A DNA stretch of 64,000 bases from Eukaryota sp. TZLM1-RC (taxonomy: Eukaryota; Protista; Metamonada: BaSk clade), in the NCBI GenBank assembly GCA_040285825.1, contig JAUPSS010000009.1:62001-126000 (forward strand), written 5' to 3'. A program made the position numbers and the translations under genes. Shown one piece after another: positions 34,832-46,748 of the stretch. The notes beneath the pieces were generated by a model. It ran no database searches. It had not been told where the DNA came from and saw only the letters and a program-made list of their open reading frames with translations. Positions within the stretch are counted from its first letter, which is position 1; each line of letters starts with the position of its first letter.

Positions 34832-36245
34832 TGATGCTGTAAGGTTAGACATGTACAGTAAACAAGATAAGTATATTTATTTAAATTTCACTGGCCCTTA
34901 TAAAGACCGTCACTAGTGAAGTCTATACTAGACTAATTGTCCACAGTACAACACTACCTTTTCCCTCTGTTAGGTCTCGTACGAGAGCTATAAGAATCAA
35001 CTGCCGGGGAATTAGCCTTAGATTTAGAATTGGAATTCATTCTCCGTTTCCTGGTAGTGTGAGGACTAAGGGTTCGCAAGTATGATTGGTATGCCTCAAT
35101 GCTTTTGACGTCAGCGACTGGGACAGACGATGTCTCGCCGCCATACCAAACTGCGGTGCAATAAGGAATATTATTATCATTCGAGACTATAAAATCGAAC
35201 TGATCTATAATCTTAATAATTACAGATTCTTCCATATCACCGGCAGCAATGTTCTTATGCCAATCTATATCTTCTTTAGGGAAGCCAGAGAGGTATAATT
35301 TACAATGATTAATACTTGCCGTAGACATTGAACCAGTGACGAGATTCTTGAGTAATAAACTTCTATTGGATTTAACTTCTTCAACGAGAAAAGGGCCAGC
35401 GAAGCAACCATGGAGTTTACCATTAGTCTTTGATCGCAGAACTAAGTCACCTTTATTAAAAGGGTTCCTATGTTTGTTAACTTCAGAAAGTTGTTGAGCT
35501 TGCCTGAGCTCTGCCTCTTCTCTCTTCTTTGAAATCCTTTCAAGTTTTGCTTCAAGATCTTTAACAAGGGAATATAAACATTAGCAGATTTTATTAGTTC
35601 AAACATATTACTAGGATCAGCTCTAGGGCTGTGATCGCTACCAAACATTAAATTGTAGGGTGAATGACCAGTAACTCTACTAATATTGAATTGATTTGAA
35701 GTTGTACAATTGGGATATATTCACTCCAATTGCTATAATCGCCAGAGTCCACCAAAATCTTTCTTAGACTTTGTAAAATGTCTCTGTGTCGTCTTTTTAC
35801 TAAACCATTGCTTTGTGAAAAGCTACTTAGTGAACGACTTACTTCAATGTTTAATAAATCGCATAACCCTTTGAAAATGGCATTTGCAAATTCAATACCA
35901 TTGTCACTATGAATCAACAGTGGGATACCAAAAATTGATACTACACTCCATAGGAGGTGCTTCCACTGCATTCAATTCCTTTGCAGGGCAAATGATCGTA
36001 TACCTAGTGAACGAATCTACAAAAACTGTTAAGTATTTAAATCCATTATCATCTTGTTGTAATGGTCCAATAGTGTCTGCGTTTAATCGTGCAAAAGGTC
36101 GATCAGCCCAAAGAGAGCCAGATGATTCAATGACATTTTTAGGCACATGTGCCGTTTTTAACATGTTGGGCATCTCTTAATATGATTGATCATGTCTTTG
36201 CGCATCTCGGGCCAAAAGTAATCACTATTGAGTAATTTCTTTACG
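34832..36245 (-). mobile_element. Truncated, frameshifted Ty3/Gypsy copy (integrase 3' half + 3' LTR 34832-34953)
   Basis: Aligns to 52945-54245. The LTR shares both termini and one end with 52809-52944 but diverges elsewhere. Confidence 0.9.
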
Positions 36246-37620
36246 CTCAAGGTACATCTTGAATTTTTCCTTTCTTCCAACAAGAACTACATGATACAAA
36301 AGTTGTTCTATGGAATTGGGTTGGATTGTTACCATTCCTCAGCTCCACACTTGAGTTTCTTTTCGTTGTTTATTTTTTGCCGCTACTTACCCCATACTTC
36401 TCAACCATATATGAAACCATCTCCAATTTATATCTTTCAACGAAGCCTATTTTAAAACTATTCTAACCCTATCCAAATCTATTTTATCTTAGGTTTGTCA
36501 ATATTCACGTCACAATACCTCATCGTCCATAAGAACAGCGGTCGCCCCAACCATTGGCACTTTGACAAGGAAAATTACAACTACATTAACTGCCCTTATG
36601 GGGATCAACAACACATCTTACTTCAATGCTCTACATATCCAAATACACTTTCTCCTTTCCTCATTAGTCATCTCCTTAACGCATCACCTTTACATCACCG
36701 CTACAACTTTGGATCTTCACAAGTACACTTGTCTACCTCCCCCATTAACTTGTCACGCTATTTATTATTCAGATTCAGAATCTATTATCATATTATTAAC
36801 TCTGCATCATGTTTTTCAGCCTTGAATTGCTTTATACAAAATGGTGCAAAGAACAGTTCTTAAGATTATCTTTAAATAGTATTGAACTTAGACCATGAAT
36901 AATTGGAAATGAATGCGTAGTTAGTAAAGCTTTCAGCATCATAATCATTAAGTCAACAATATAAAGTTTGAAGTTATTTCAGAATTCAAAATTCAATTGG
37001 ACATTCCTAGTGTTGTAAAATACGAGATGAATTTGTTAGAAACTCAATTCACATCAAACAATAATAATACATCATCTCTCATCCAATCACTTCATTGAAG
37101 AACCAGCCAACCAAATAATTGCTTAATAATTTCCTCTTAAATATTCTTTATCTTTGAAAGTTTAATGAGTTCTGGGGGTGTGGAGATATAATCAGTGTGT
37201 TCAGTGTGTTTCAATACTCTTTTTGCCTTTTTTGAATTCAGAAAATTCCAAGTTTTCAAATCAGAAAAAACTTCAAAATCATTAAATAACGTCAACTCAA
37301 ATTCATTTTGATTGTCATCAACTAAGGTTAACGATTGAAAAGCTTCACTCTGCTGAGTTTGGGTTGGTTGAGTTTGTGGTAAATTGCCACTTTGTACTGT
37401 GGCAATTCGACAACTGATGAATCAGTTGATGAATCGCTGAGGGTGTGTTGCAAGTATTTTTATGGGTTGTATAAGTACCATTTAAAAAACTAATATTGAA
37501 CCAAATAAATAATTTAATTCAATGATTAACTTTAATTGATAAAGATATTTTTAATAAGACAAAATTCGTATATGTTAATCCCTTCAACCCCTCATCATCA
37601 TACACTCATTCTCCATCATC

Positions 37621-38568
37621 ATGGATCCTAGATTCCGCAACCCCCCAAAGGACAAAAATGGAGAACCCCTTTTTAAATTTAAGTTTGAACCCATAAAACA
37701 CAGTAACAAGGAGGATTTCCTCAGCTTCAGAATAGAAGGTGTTACTCTGCCCTTTGTCAATGCTTTACGGCGCATTATCTATGCAGAAGTTCCTTCACTT
37801 GCAATAGAACTGGTCGAGTTTTCTGAAAACAAGTCTCCTCTTACAGAGGAATTCATAGCTCATAGACTTGGACTCATACCACTAGCTTATACAGAAGATA
37901 AACTTGTTAACCATAGTGACTGTCACTGTGGTGGTAGTTGTCCAAACTGTGAAATTCTGTTTTCTCTCGATGTCACTTGTGATACTGAAGAACATTTGGT
38001 TGTTAGGGCTGATTCACTCAGCACTGACCATGCAGAGTTTGCTCCCGTTCATCAAGAACATCCTATTGTTCTGTTCAAGCTAGCCAAAAATCAATCAGTC
38101 TCTCTTCAGGCAACAGCAAGGAGGGGAACCGGCAAGGACCATGCAAAATGGTGCCCAGTCTCCAATGCCACTTTTAAAATCGAACCAGAAATCACCCTCA
38201 ACCAAGAATCACTCCTTACTGTTTCCTCAGATGACAGACAGGCTCTGGTAAGCTCTTGCCCAACCAATGTCTTTGAACTTGATGAATCCACTCGTACAAT
38301 CAAGATAGCCGATGCTGATGCATGTACTTATTGCGCCGAATGTTTGGATCTTTCACAGCAACTGGCGCAACAGTACGAAATACCCAGACCCATTCGGATC
38401 AAAGAAAGTGATCCGCCTAAATTCGTTTTTACTATTGAAGGGACAGGTTCCGTTCCTGTGGGATCTATCTACAAACAAGCTACTGAAATTCTTAAAAAGA
38501 GATTGGCAAGTTTGAAGTCCAATTGGAATGCCTTAAGAGACCAACAAAACCAAGTAGATGTATCTTAG
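37621..38568 (+). CDS. RPB3: RNA polymerase II subunit RPB3
   Basis: NALRRII.AEVP.LAI, EFIAHRLGLIPL, C.C...C..C zinc site, G.GKDHAKWCPV, F.IEGTG. Confidence 0.93.
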   Translation: MDPRFRNPPKDKNGEPLFKFKFEPIKHSNKEDFLSFRIEGVTLPFVNALRRIIYAEVPSLAIELVEFSENKSPLTEEFIAHRLGLIPLAYTEDKLVNHSDCHCGGSCPNCEILFSLDVTCDTEEHLVVRADSLSTDHAEFAPVHQEHPIVLFKLAKNQSVSLQATARRGTGKDHAKWCPVSNATFKIEPEITLNQESLLTVSSDDRQALVSSCPTNVFELDESTRTIKIADADACTYCAECLDLSQQLAQQYEIPRPIRIKESDPPKFVFTIEGTGSVPVGSIYKQATEILKKRLASLKSNWNALRDQQNQVDVS

Positions 38569-39719
38569 TGTGAGTTTGATGCACTTATAATTAACGTAGA
38601 ACAAACAAATAAAGACTCTAATAAACATTGAGGATTAATAGAAAAAAGAAAACAGTTGATAAAATATCAAAATACATATCTGCACACAATTCCAAACACT
38701 CTCCTCAGTACGTTTGGATTGTTTCACCTTATTTTTTTACGTATAATTATTTACAACAATCACAATAAAGATTATTTATTACTTATTGTTGCGTGTCCTG
38801 GTTCAAAATTTAATCCAAAATTACTGAAGGAAATTTCTCAACAACTTAAATAACTGTTAAACAGAAACAGTTTAAACAAATCAAAATTCAAAAACTTGTT
38901 GTTCGTTCATCGTAGTTTTCTTTAAGATCAGCATTTTTTCGATACAATTTTTTTTGAGTTGACCTCTTCTTTTTCTGGAACACTTTTGGTACCATTACCA
39001 CTCAATACACTTAAATTGATTACTATTGCTTTGTCCTTCTTGAACAATTTTGTAAAACATTTGACACAACGTACAGGAAGTGTTCTTGATAAAATTTAGA
39101 ATAGTATATGTATTTTCAACAACTAAAGATACCAATCCTTTATTATCTTCTGTTTTGTTATCTCTCGGGCGGTTTTGAAAAAGAAAAACTGCCCATCAAT
39201 TCAGTTTGGCTGTTTTAAGATATGCAGACGTAGAATTTCAAGTTTTGCTTTGTTTTGTATTATTCAAGTGCTTTCAAAATACTAAGTTGATCAAAAGTAG
39301 AATTTGGTCAAATACAAGAATTCGTGCACAAGCGTATTTCAATTTGACTAAATCAGTTTTAATTAAAAGGTTGAAATCAGTACATTCAAGATTTACTTGT
39401 AGCACATTACAGAAATGACTTACAAATGTTTTCAATTTGTTTGGATCTCAACGTTTACTTGAGCTTGGCTAAAGAAGAGAATGATTTCGTAGCAAACTTT
39501 ATAACTCAAGAAATGAAGAATTTATCAGTCCATAAGATCCTTAAGTTGCTATTTAAAATCTTCAAAAACACACAAAAAATCAAATTGATCTTGAAATTAA
39601 AAGTTTAGAGTAGAAAAAAACATGCAAAAGTTGATGTGGAATCAACAAGCTACAGGAAAAAGCTTTGGAAAAAATTTATTAGAAAATACACAACTCAAAA
39701 ATATAAATCAAAAAACATT

Positions 39720-40367
39720 CTATAACAGCAAATCAACTCGAGGTCGTCGAGTTCCCTGGGTTAGATGCATCTTGGACAAAAGCGGATGAAGTTTCGTGAG
39801 GATAGCATCAGATGCCTTGCGTAAAAAGTCGACAACCAATGGAATTCTGTGAAGTCTTGGAGCTTCTTCTTCTTCACCCTCTGCGCCAGGAAGAAGAGGT
39901 TCATTGACTGATAAGGTGGTAAGAAGGGCGAATGCAGGTAAAAGTTCCACTGCAAACAAAAACACAACCGCTTCCAAGATTTGACTGTACAAAACATTGC
40001 GGTGATAAGAGTACCATCTGATGGAGTTGATGATTAGAAGAACAAGTGCAGCAATTGGTTCAGCGGATTGATAATTTAGGATCGGTGAACCTTTCATTAT
40101 AGACATGTAGAGGAATCGTGAGACTAATGGAAGAACGATGTAGGTTATAGAAATCCTTTGAAAGATCCACGCATAGACGATAGCACCAGTGGTACCATAG
40201 ATGAGGTATTTCACCACTCTACGTGCTATGGCATTGTAATCTTCAGCAAGTACTGCCAACTGATAGAGCCCAGCTGCAAGCGAAAACACAACACAGACAC
40301 AGGTCACATACAATGCAACGATAAACATAATTAAGTTTGCATCAAAGTTGATTCCTAATAGCCACAT
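39720..40367 (-). CDS. Svp26/Erv26/TEX261-family transmembrane adaptor
   Basis: SLAAGLYQLA.LAE.Y...ARR..K..I motif, multiple TM helices, P.A..LS.NE..LP tail. Confidence 0.8.
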   Translation of the reverse strand: MWLLGINFDANLIMFIVALYVTCVCVVFSLAAGLYQLAVLAEDYNAIARRVVKYLIYGTTGAIVYAWIFQRISITYIVLPLVSRFLYMSIMKGSPILNYQSAEPIAALVLLIINSIRWYSYHRNVLYSQILEAVVFLFAVELLPAFALLTTLSVNEPLLPGAEGEEEEAPRLHRIPLVVDFLRKASDAILTKLHPLLSKMHLTQGTRRPRVDLLL

Positions 40368-40585
40368 TGAAAGTGAAGAAAAAAAAAGTTAATTTGAGTT
40401 GGAAATGCTCCAATCATTCACCAACAGAAATTGTGTCAGACCTGAATGCAGCTTGAATGATCATTGTATTTCAACACTAAAAAAAGTTCCGAGCAGTCAG
40501 TTGACCCAAGTCGGGGGTTCTAACACTGGCGTTTGGCTCGACAATTTCAATTGTCGAAAACTGTATAAAATCTATCAGTAATATC

Positions 40586-41107
40586 CTAAGTTACCGAGTG
40601 CGAGTGTGCACAGAATTCGACCAGTCGAACGAACTCACTTGAGTGCGTTGATTTTTTCCATTAAGATTATTTATCAACAAACTTATTTCATAAAGCTATA
40701 TAGAGTTTTGAAAAAAAGTTTATTTCATCAATTATAAATTCTTATACAAATTAAACTAATCACAAAATTGCCAGAAATCATTCACTATGAACACTGAAAA
40801 TCCGAAAATGGTGCTTTCCTTCATGTCCATTACTAAAAATAGCATCCACAAATAACCTATCCTCAGAAAATTCATCTTCAAGAACACTTTCATCCATTAA
40901 CAATTCATTGGTCATTTCATCTTCATCGTCTCTTTCAACAACTTCATCTTCCAAAACCGAAGATAAAAGATATTATATTGAATACAAAGTAGTAAATAGA
41001 TTTCATTTTGATTTCAAACATAAATTACGCACTCAAAGGAGTGCGAGTGTGCACTCAGTGCGCGCTCACCAAGATCGATCAAAAAATTTTCGCACCCTGT
41101 AACTTAG
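40586..41107. mobile_element. MITE / non-autonomous DNA transposon, 522 bp, 18-bp TIRs, 8-bp TSD GTAATATC
   Basis: Left end CTAAGTTACCGAGTGCGA; right end reverse complement CTAAGTTACAGGGTGCGA. GTAATATC at 40578-40585 and 41108-41115. GAGTGCGAGTGTGCAC near both ends. Confidence 0.8.
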
Positions 41108-42820
41108 GTAATATCTAAACTTCGGTCCAGTTCGGTTCTCTTTAGTTCAGGTTCCAAATGTTGGGGAACCGAAGCCTAGATCGTTCTGAACCTTCTGTTA
41201 TCAATGTACACATTTTTATGTTATACTATGCACTAGACAGAAAGATTAGATTGCTTCATATTCCATAAATCATTGAGTAGACATCAAACTTCGACAAAGT
41301 AACATTCTCTTGCACATGTCAAGTTCTGATTTTGCACGTCAGTTTCTTTCTCCTACTCGAAAGAAAGCTTGGCTCTCGCAATATGTTATTTTTTTTAAAT
41401 AAACAGCTCAACTTTCGTGGATCATGATCTTCCCTATTTAATGTAGAAAACGTACATGTATGAATAAGACATAAAATTTATCACTGTACGACAGCACTGT
41501 GTCCCAAACAGTTCAATTATAGTGTTGAAACAGATAATATTGTTTGATCAGCTACTATTATTATAAAACACATTATACCATTGTTTTTCATTTGACGTTG
41601 CGACGTTATAACTTTGAACTATTATTGATATTTTTTATTGGAATCAGATGTAAGAGGTTGAAGAAAAATAATTCACTTTTTTTGATGATGTGGCAGTGGT
41701 TTAATTTTTTGATTTTAGTTATTGTAATTTACTAGATCTTTTGCTTTGGTCACATAGTGGAAATCAAGACCTGATAAATACTCATCCTTTGTAAGCTATG
41801 GTTTGACAACTTTTTTCCAGATTCATGAGAGGGGAGATAGTCTGAAATTTGGCGCGTCAAACGCGTTTTTATTTAAGTTCAAAAACAAGCTACGGATAGA
41901 TGAGGTGATTGTTTTTTCAGCAATATGATCAAAATCACTTATAGTGCTCTTGTGTATTTTTTGTTTTCGACTCATCAATTTGATATCTTTTACGATTGTC
42001 TGCCGTGTACTTATTGTTATTGTATTTTCGAAACAAAAATACAAGCAGTTTCTGAGATGGATTGGAGTAAAGTTGTTCTGATTAAAAGATAAGTGGGACA
42101 AGAGCAATACTTTAGTAGTAGTAGTTGTCACATAATCCTTTAAATTAATTACTTTTAATTATCTCCTTCAATTGTGAACAAACTGAGAGCTAAATCTTCC
42201 TCTTCTTTGCTCAAATGATGATCACAAATCATTCTCAAATAACCAAGGTTGGTTTACCTTTGGAAATCCAGAGCCCAACTCCAAGCCCAACTAAGAATCA
42301 ACTCAAAGCAGACGAAAATGGCCATCGCATCAAGATTTGTGTTAATGCTGTTGTGACAAAAAGTTGTAAAAATTATATCAACTCTATGGTACTGTCATCA
42401 AAAAAAAATGAAATATGGAATGTAATAATCAATTTTCTTTTTATTTTTATTTTTATTTTTATTTGGGAAGTGGTCCAGAACAATGAATCGAACGACCATT
42501 AGTGATTGTAATTTGATAATCAACAAGGTTAAAAACCACATTAAACTGTTCATTTGCCCTTCACTCATGATTAATTCCTGTCAATATTCGTGATTTTCGT
42601 CCATGTGCCCAAATAGCAATAGGTTCTTAAACACGTTGGTAACTTGATCCTACTGATTTTTTTAGAGCCACACTAACACAACCCCATCCAGAAACATAAC
42701 TTGCTTTAAAAGAGACAACAATGCCCTCATAAATAGCTGAATCACCAAAAACTACACAACCAAAGGAAACGAACGAAGTGGCCCTTCTTTTGTCATCACT
42801 GACTTCGATTTGTGAAAACT

Positions 42821-43610
42821 TTAAGATTGTCGAAAACAAAATGGGTTTTGGACAAACATGGATTTGATTCTGACTGAAGAAAATTGCTCATTGTTGGGCT
42901 GTGTAATCAAGTAAACATTGAAAGATTTAAGTACTTCCAAAATTTTCGACAAAGATGGCCTGTTAGGTGTCTCAAACGATAGACATTGCTTAATTAAATC
43001 GTCTAGTTGCAACGAAATATTTGAAACAAAGCACAAACCTTTTTCGTTTCTTTTGAATTCTGCCAATGAGAATGGATTAAACTTCTCAAAAGATAATTTG
43101 TTTGTAAATAGTTCAAAAAGAATTGAATCAAGAGAATAGATATCACTTGCAATCTCATAATTCAAAACTTCTAGAGCTGAGTATTTTGAAGGCCAAACAT
43201 AAACAGACTTATTTACCAGACTTATTTATTTATTTATTTAATTGAGAAAACAGATCATTGAAACTGAATCAAGATGAAGTTTTTTATCAATAAATAAAAT
43301 ATTTTAAGGGATCAAATTTTTATGGATGATATTATTAAAAAGAAAAACTAAAAGATTTTGACAAATTTCAATTGCAATTGAAATCGAGGAAACCGACAGC
43401 AAACGTGGCAATTCAAGGCTCTTGCATGCTCTTGCCATCACCACACCAAATTGATAATTTTTATGAGTAACACCAAATAAAGGAAGAACACTGAAGTTCA
43501 ATCATGGATGAAAGAAAACCAATGTGATGCTTCAAATCCGTTTGTCCTTCAGTTGTGAGAGAAAAAAACTCACAGCAACATCCTGTCTGAACAAACTAGA
43601 ACAACTATCA
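42821..43610 (-). pseudogene. Decayed protein kinase (TKL-like) fragment
   Basis: QDVAV, IIHKNLIP*NI, Y.ALEVL..SDIYSL..ILFELFT, LIKQCL...RPSL. Stops and frameshifts. Confidence 0.65.
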
Positions 43611-44298
43611 TGTGCAATCGCGCAGTAAACAGACGTGAATAGCTTAAGATTAGATTAAGTGGTGTGCCTAATAAATCAATCTATAAGGCACATTCAGGGA
43701 TTTAATCACAAGAATAAATAGAGTGCATAGATATCAAATCTGACGAGGTGCCCCGGTGTGTTGCAATTGCGTTGAATCACATGCAGGAGGATGACAAATG
43801 TTTATGACAAATATTGTCGTTTTGGGGAACAGAGAATACAAACTTCAACCTTATTAACTTCGTTTATTTTTGTTATCTCTACCTATAATAGTTGGATGAT
43901 TATTGATTGAATATCATTGGAATTGTTTAATCTTTTACAATTAAATCATTGACCAAAGATTTTAATAAAATGTGGTGTGTAATAAATTGTCAAAGCGTCA
44001 ACGGAGGCAACTATTTGTCCAATAAGTCACTAATGAAACAATCTAAAGGTTATTGACAATAATCATTTCTGGTTATTCAATTAATTAAAAGGGAATCAAT
44101 TACAAAACTAAATCAGCAATTACCACAGAAAATTTGACAAATTTGATTTGGAAAACAGTTCTGACAACAAATCCCTAGATGTAGAAACCATAGCAAGGAA
44201 AGATGCAGATCAGGTATATGTGGACGAAATCTAGGTTGAGTTTTGTTCAATTGGTCGTATATTTGCCATCACAGTAATTCTCCATTTATTTCAACAAT

Positions 44299-46564
44299 AT
44301 GCCATCTCCAGAGCTATTGGAGTCTTTCAAGGCCATAGCGTCACCTGAGTCAAATAAGCAAGTTGCTGGTGTTCAATCCCTTCTCAATCTTCTATCACAG
44401 GACCTGAACAATGACTTCCCAGTTTATTTTCCTTCTACACCAGCGTTTAAATACATGGATTCGCACTTTTCCTCAGATCTCAGTTATACTCTCAAACGAA
44501 TTGTTTGTATCTCTATTAGTCTCACCCTAGATCCGTGCGCTCTCGTCTCCAACACTCAACCCCGGCTTTCTTCTCTCCTTGATCGCTCTCAGCTCATCTA
44601 TATCATCTGTCTCAGTCCAATTCCTTTTCAGTCTCACCTCACAACTCTTCCCTCAGTCTCCTTTCTCCACTGACGTCCTTTATGGTAAACTCTTTGTCTC
44701 AGTCGCCCTTGTCCGTTCTCAATCAGTCTCTTCTGAGGATCTTCCCTTCTTTCTGTCCAAACTAAGGGAAATTGAATCCAAGGACCGGGCTCTTTCTACC
44801 CCTGTTAATGAAGTGGTCATTGAATTATTTAAATCTAATTCAGAATTTTTAAATCTTTTAATTTCCCCTTTTGTTGAGAATGAGGAATTGAAGAACTCTG
44901 TTCTAGCTAAATTACTCCCATTCAAAAAGTTTTCTTTTGACTCTCTGTGGGCTAAGTTTATAAGTATCATTGGTAGGTTGAGCTGTTCTCCAAATATTCA
45001 ATTAGATGTGGTCTTGAATATTTTATCAATAATTTGTTCTGATAATGAAGTGATCTCTTCTTGTCTGTCACCAAATATTGAAAAAACAGAAACTCTTCAA
45101 GCAGCATTATTACTTTATATGTACTTAGCTTTGGATAAACTATCTTACAATTATAAAGACGGTCAATTTCCTCTTGAATCCTTAGTTTCCGACTGTGAAC
45201 GTGCTATTTCTGACCTTTCTAATCAATCAATGATGTCATCAGAAGATCAAGTAGATCCTTGTGCCGTTGTTGCGTCAAGTTGCATCGAACTTTTGTCCCT
45301 TTGCTCAACTGCTAATTCATTCGCTAGAGCCGTAGCTGTCTCAGTGTGGAAAAATTTAGAAGAACAACTCGGTGTGGAAAATATTTTAGAATTGGTGGAG
45401 ATTTTTGAATCATTTATTGACTATGGGACTGTCTCTGCTTCTCAATGTGACGACTTGACCATAGACGTAGGTTCTGATGAGGAGGATTCCGACGAAGAAG
45501 AGGAATCAGACGAAGAAGAGGAAGAAAGTGATGAAAGTGATCAAGAACCACTCTTGGGTGACGTGGATTTCAGCACACTGATGGATCAAAAAGAAATAAT
45601 TTCTGACCGTGTCTCTGACTCTGATGACGTGATGGAAGATATTCCTTTGTCAAAAGCGACAGAGGAAGATCTTCAATTATACGATTTCCATTTAGCTCAA
45701 GTTTTCAAGGAAAAGCAGCTACTTTTAGATTCCCAGAAGCAGGAAAAAAAGAAAAAAGTGGACGAAATTCAGTTCTTGAACAGATTGTTGGAAGTTGTTT
45801 CATCATTCTCAAACAGACACTTTATCATGACGATTCTGCCTGTCCTTATTAAACTTCATATAAAGCTAAGTAGGAAACTTTGCAGAAGAGATAATGCACA
45901 TGAAACACAGTTGTTAAATTCGATCAAAAATACCGTTTTTGGTTATTTTAAAAAGTTCAAAAAAGAAGATTCAGAACTCGTAACTGCGATTCTTTCTCTT
46001 CTTGCTGCTTATATCCCAACAATAAGATCTTCTAACTCCGCTCATTTTATTGTCGACGTTGTTGCTAATTTTGGAAAGTTGTTAGTTTTCAATAACAAAT
46101 CTGCTGAGATTATTCATGAAACAATGAAGGAAGCTATTTCATTAATGATTAACAAGTCCAATAGTCCTTTTAGTTTTAGCGTCTTGAAGAAAGTTTTTGA
46201 AAAATGCCCATGGAGTAGTGGTGTTTTGGGAAGTAAAATTCTAAATGAGCTCAAGAATACTAAATTCAATAGTTTTCTTTTCTTTTCATTATTATCAAGT
46301 TTAATTCCCGCTTGCTCTGGTTCGGAGTATTCAGGACCTTGTTGTTCTTTGTTAGCCTTGCCTTTGGGTGATTTTCTTCTGAAGTTTGATTCTCAATTGA
46401 GTAGTTGTGGAAAAAAGAATGTCGCCATTTTAGTTAAATTTCTACAATTACTAATTAATAATGCTGATTCAGATGTTACCAAACAGTTGGTTTTCAAGTT
46501 GAAATCTTCTGACCATATGTTTAGTCTTTCTTTAGTTTCTAGTCTAAGTTTAAATAATAAATAA
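44299..46564 (+). CDS. Pol5/MYBBP1A-like (DNA polymerase phi family) nucleolar protein; intron 44503-44530
   Basis: After splicing it reads YTLKRIIRALSS...GF..SL (Pol5 N-terminal motif). Helical body, acidic tract, D..LA..FKE and F..R.L motifs. Confidence 0.75.
44503..44530 (+). other. Spliceosomal intron, 28 nt
   Basis: gtttgtatctctattagtctcaccctag; joins ORFs 44299 and 44579 in frame. Confidence 0.85.
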
Positions 46565-46748
46565 ATATTTAATTTTTTTATTTGCCTTAAAAGATTTACA
46601 AGAATGAAATGGCCATTTATCATAAGAATAGGGGGGAAATCACATGAAAGGTAAAGGAAATAAGAAAAAAATGACAAAATTAATCACAAAAGATCTACAA
46701 TCAAATATTAATATAAAATTGTTTAAACAAATCATAAAGCATAATAAA

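Noticed and set aside
36250-36870. Short ORFs next to the truncated Ty3 copy
   Set aside because: No recognisable homology; probably decayed sequence.
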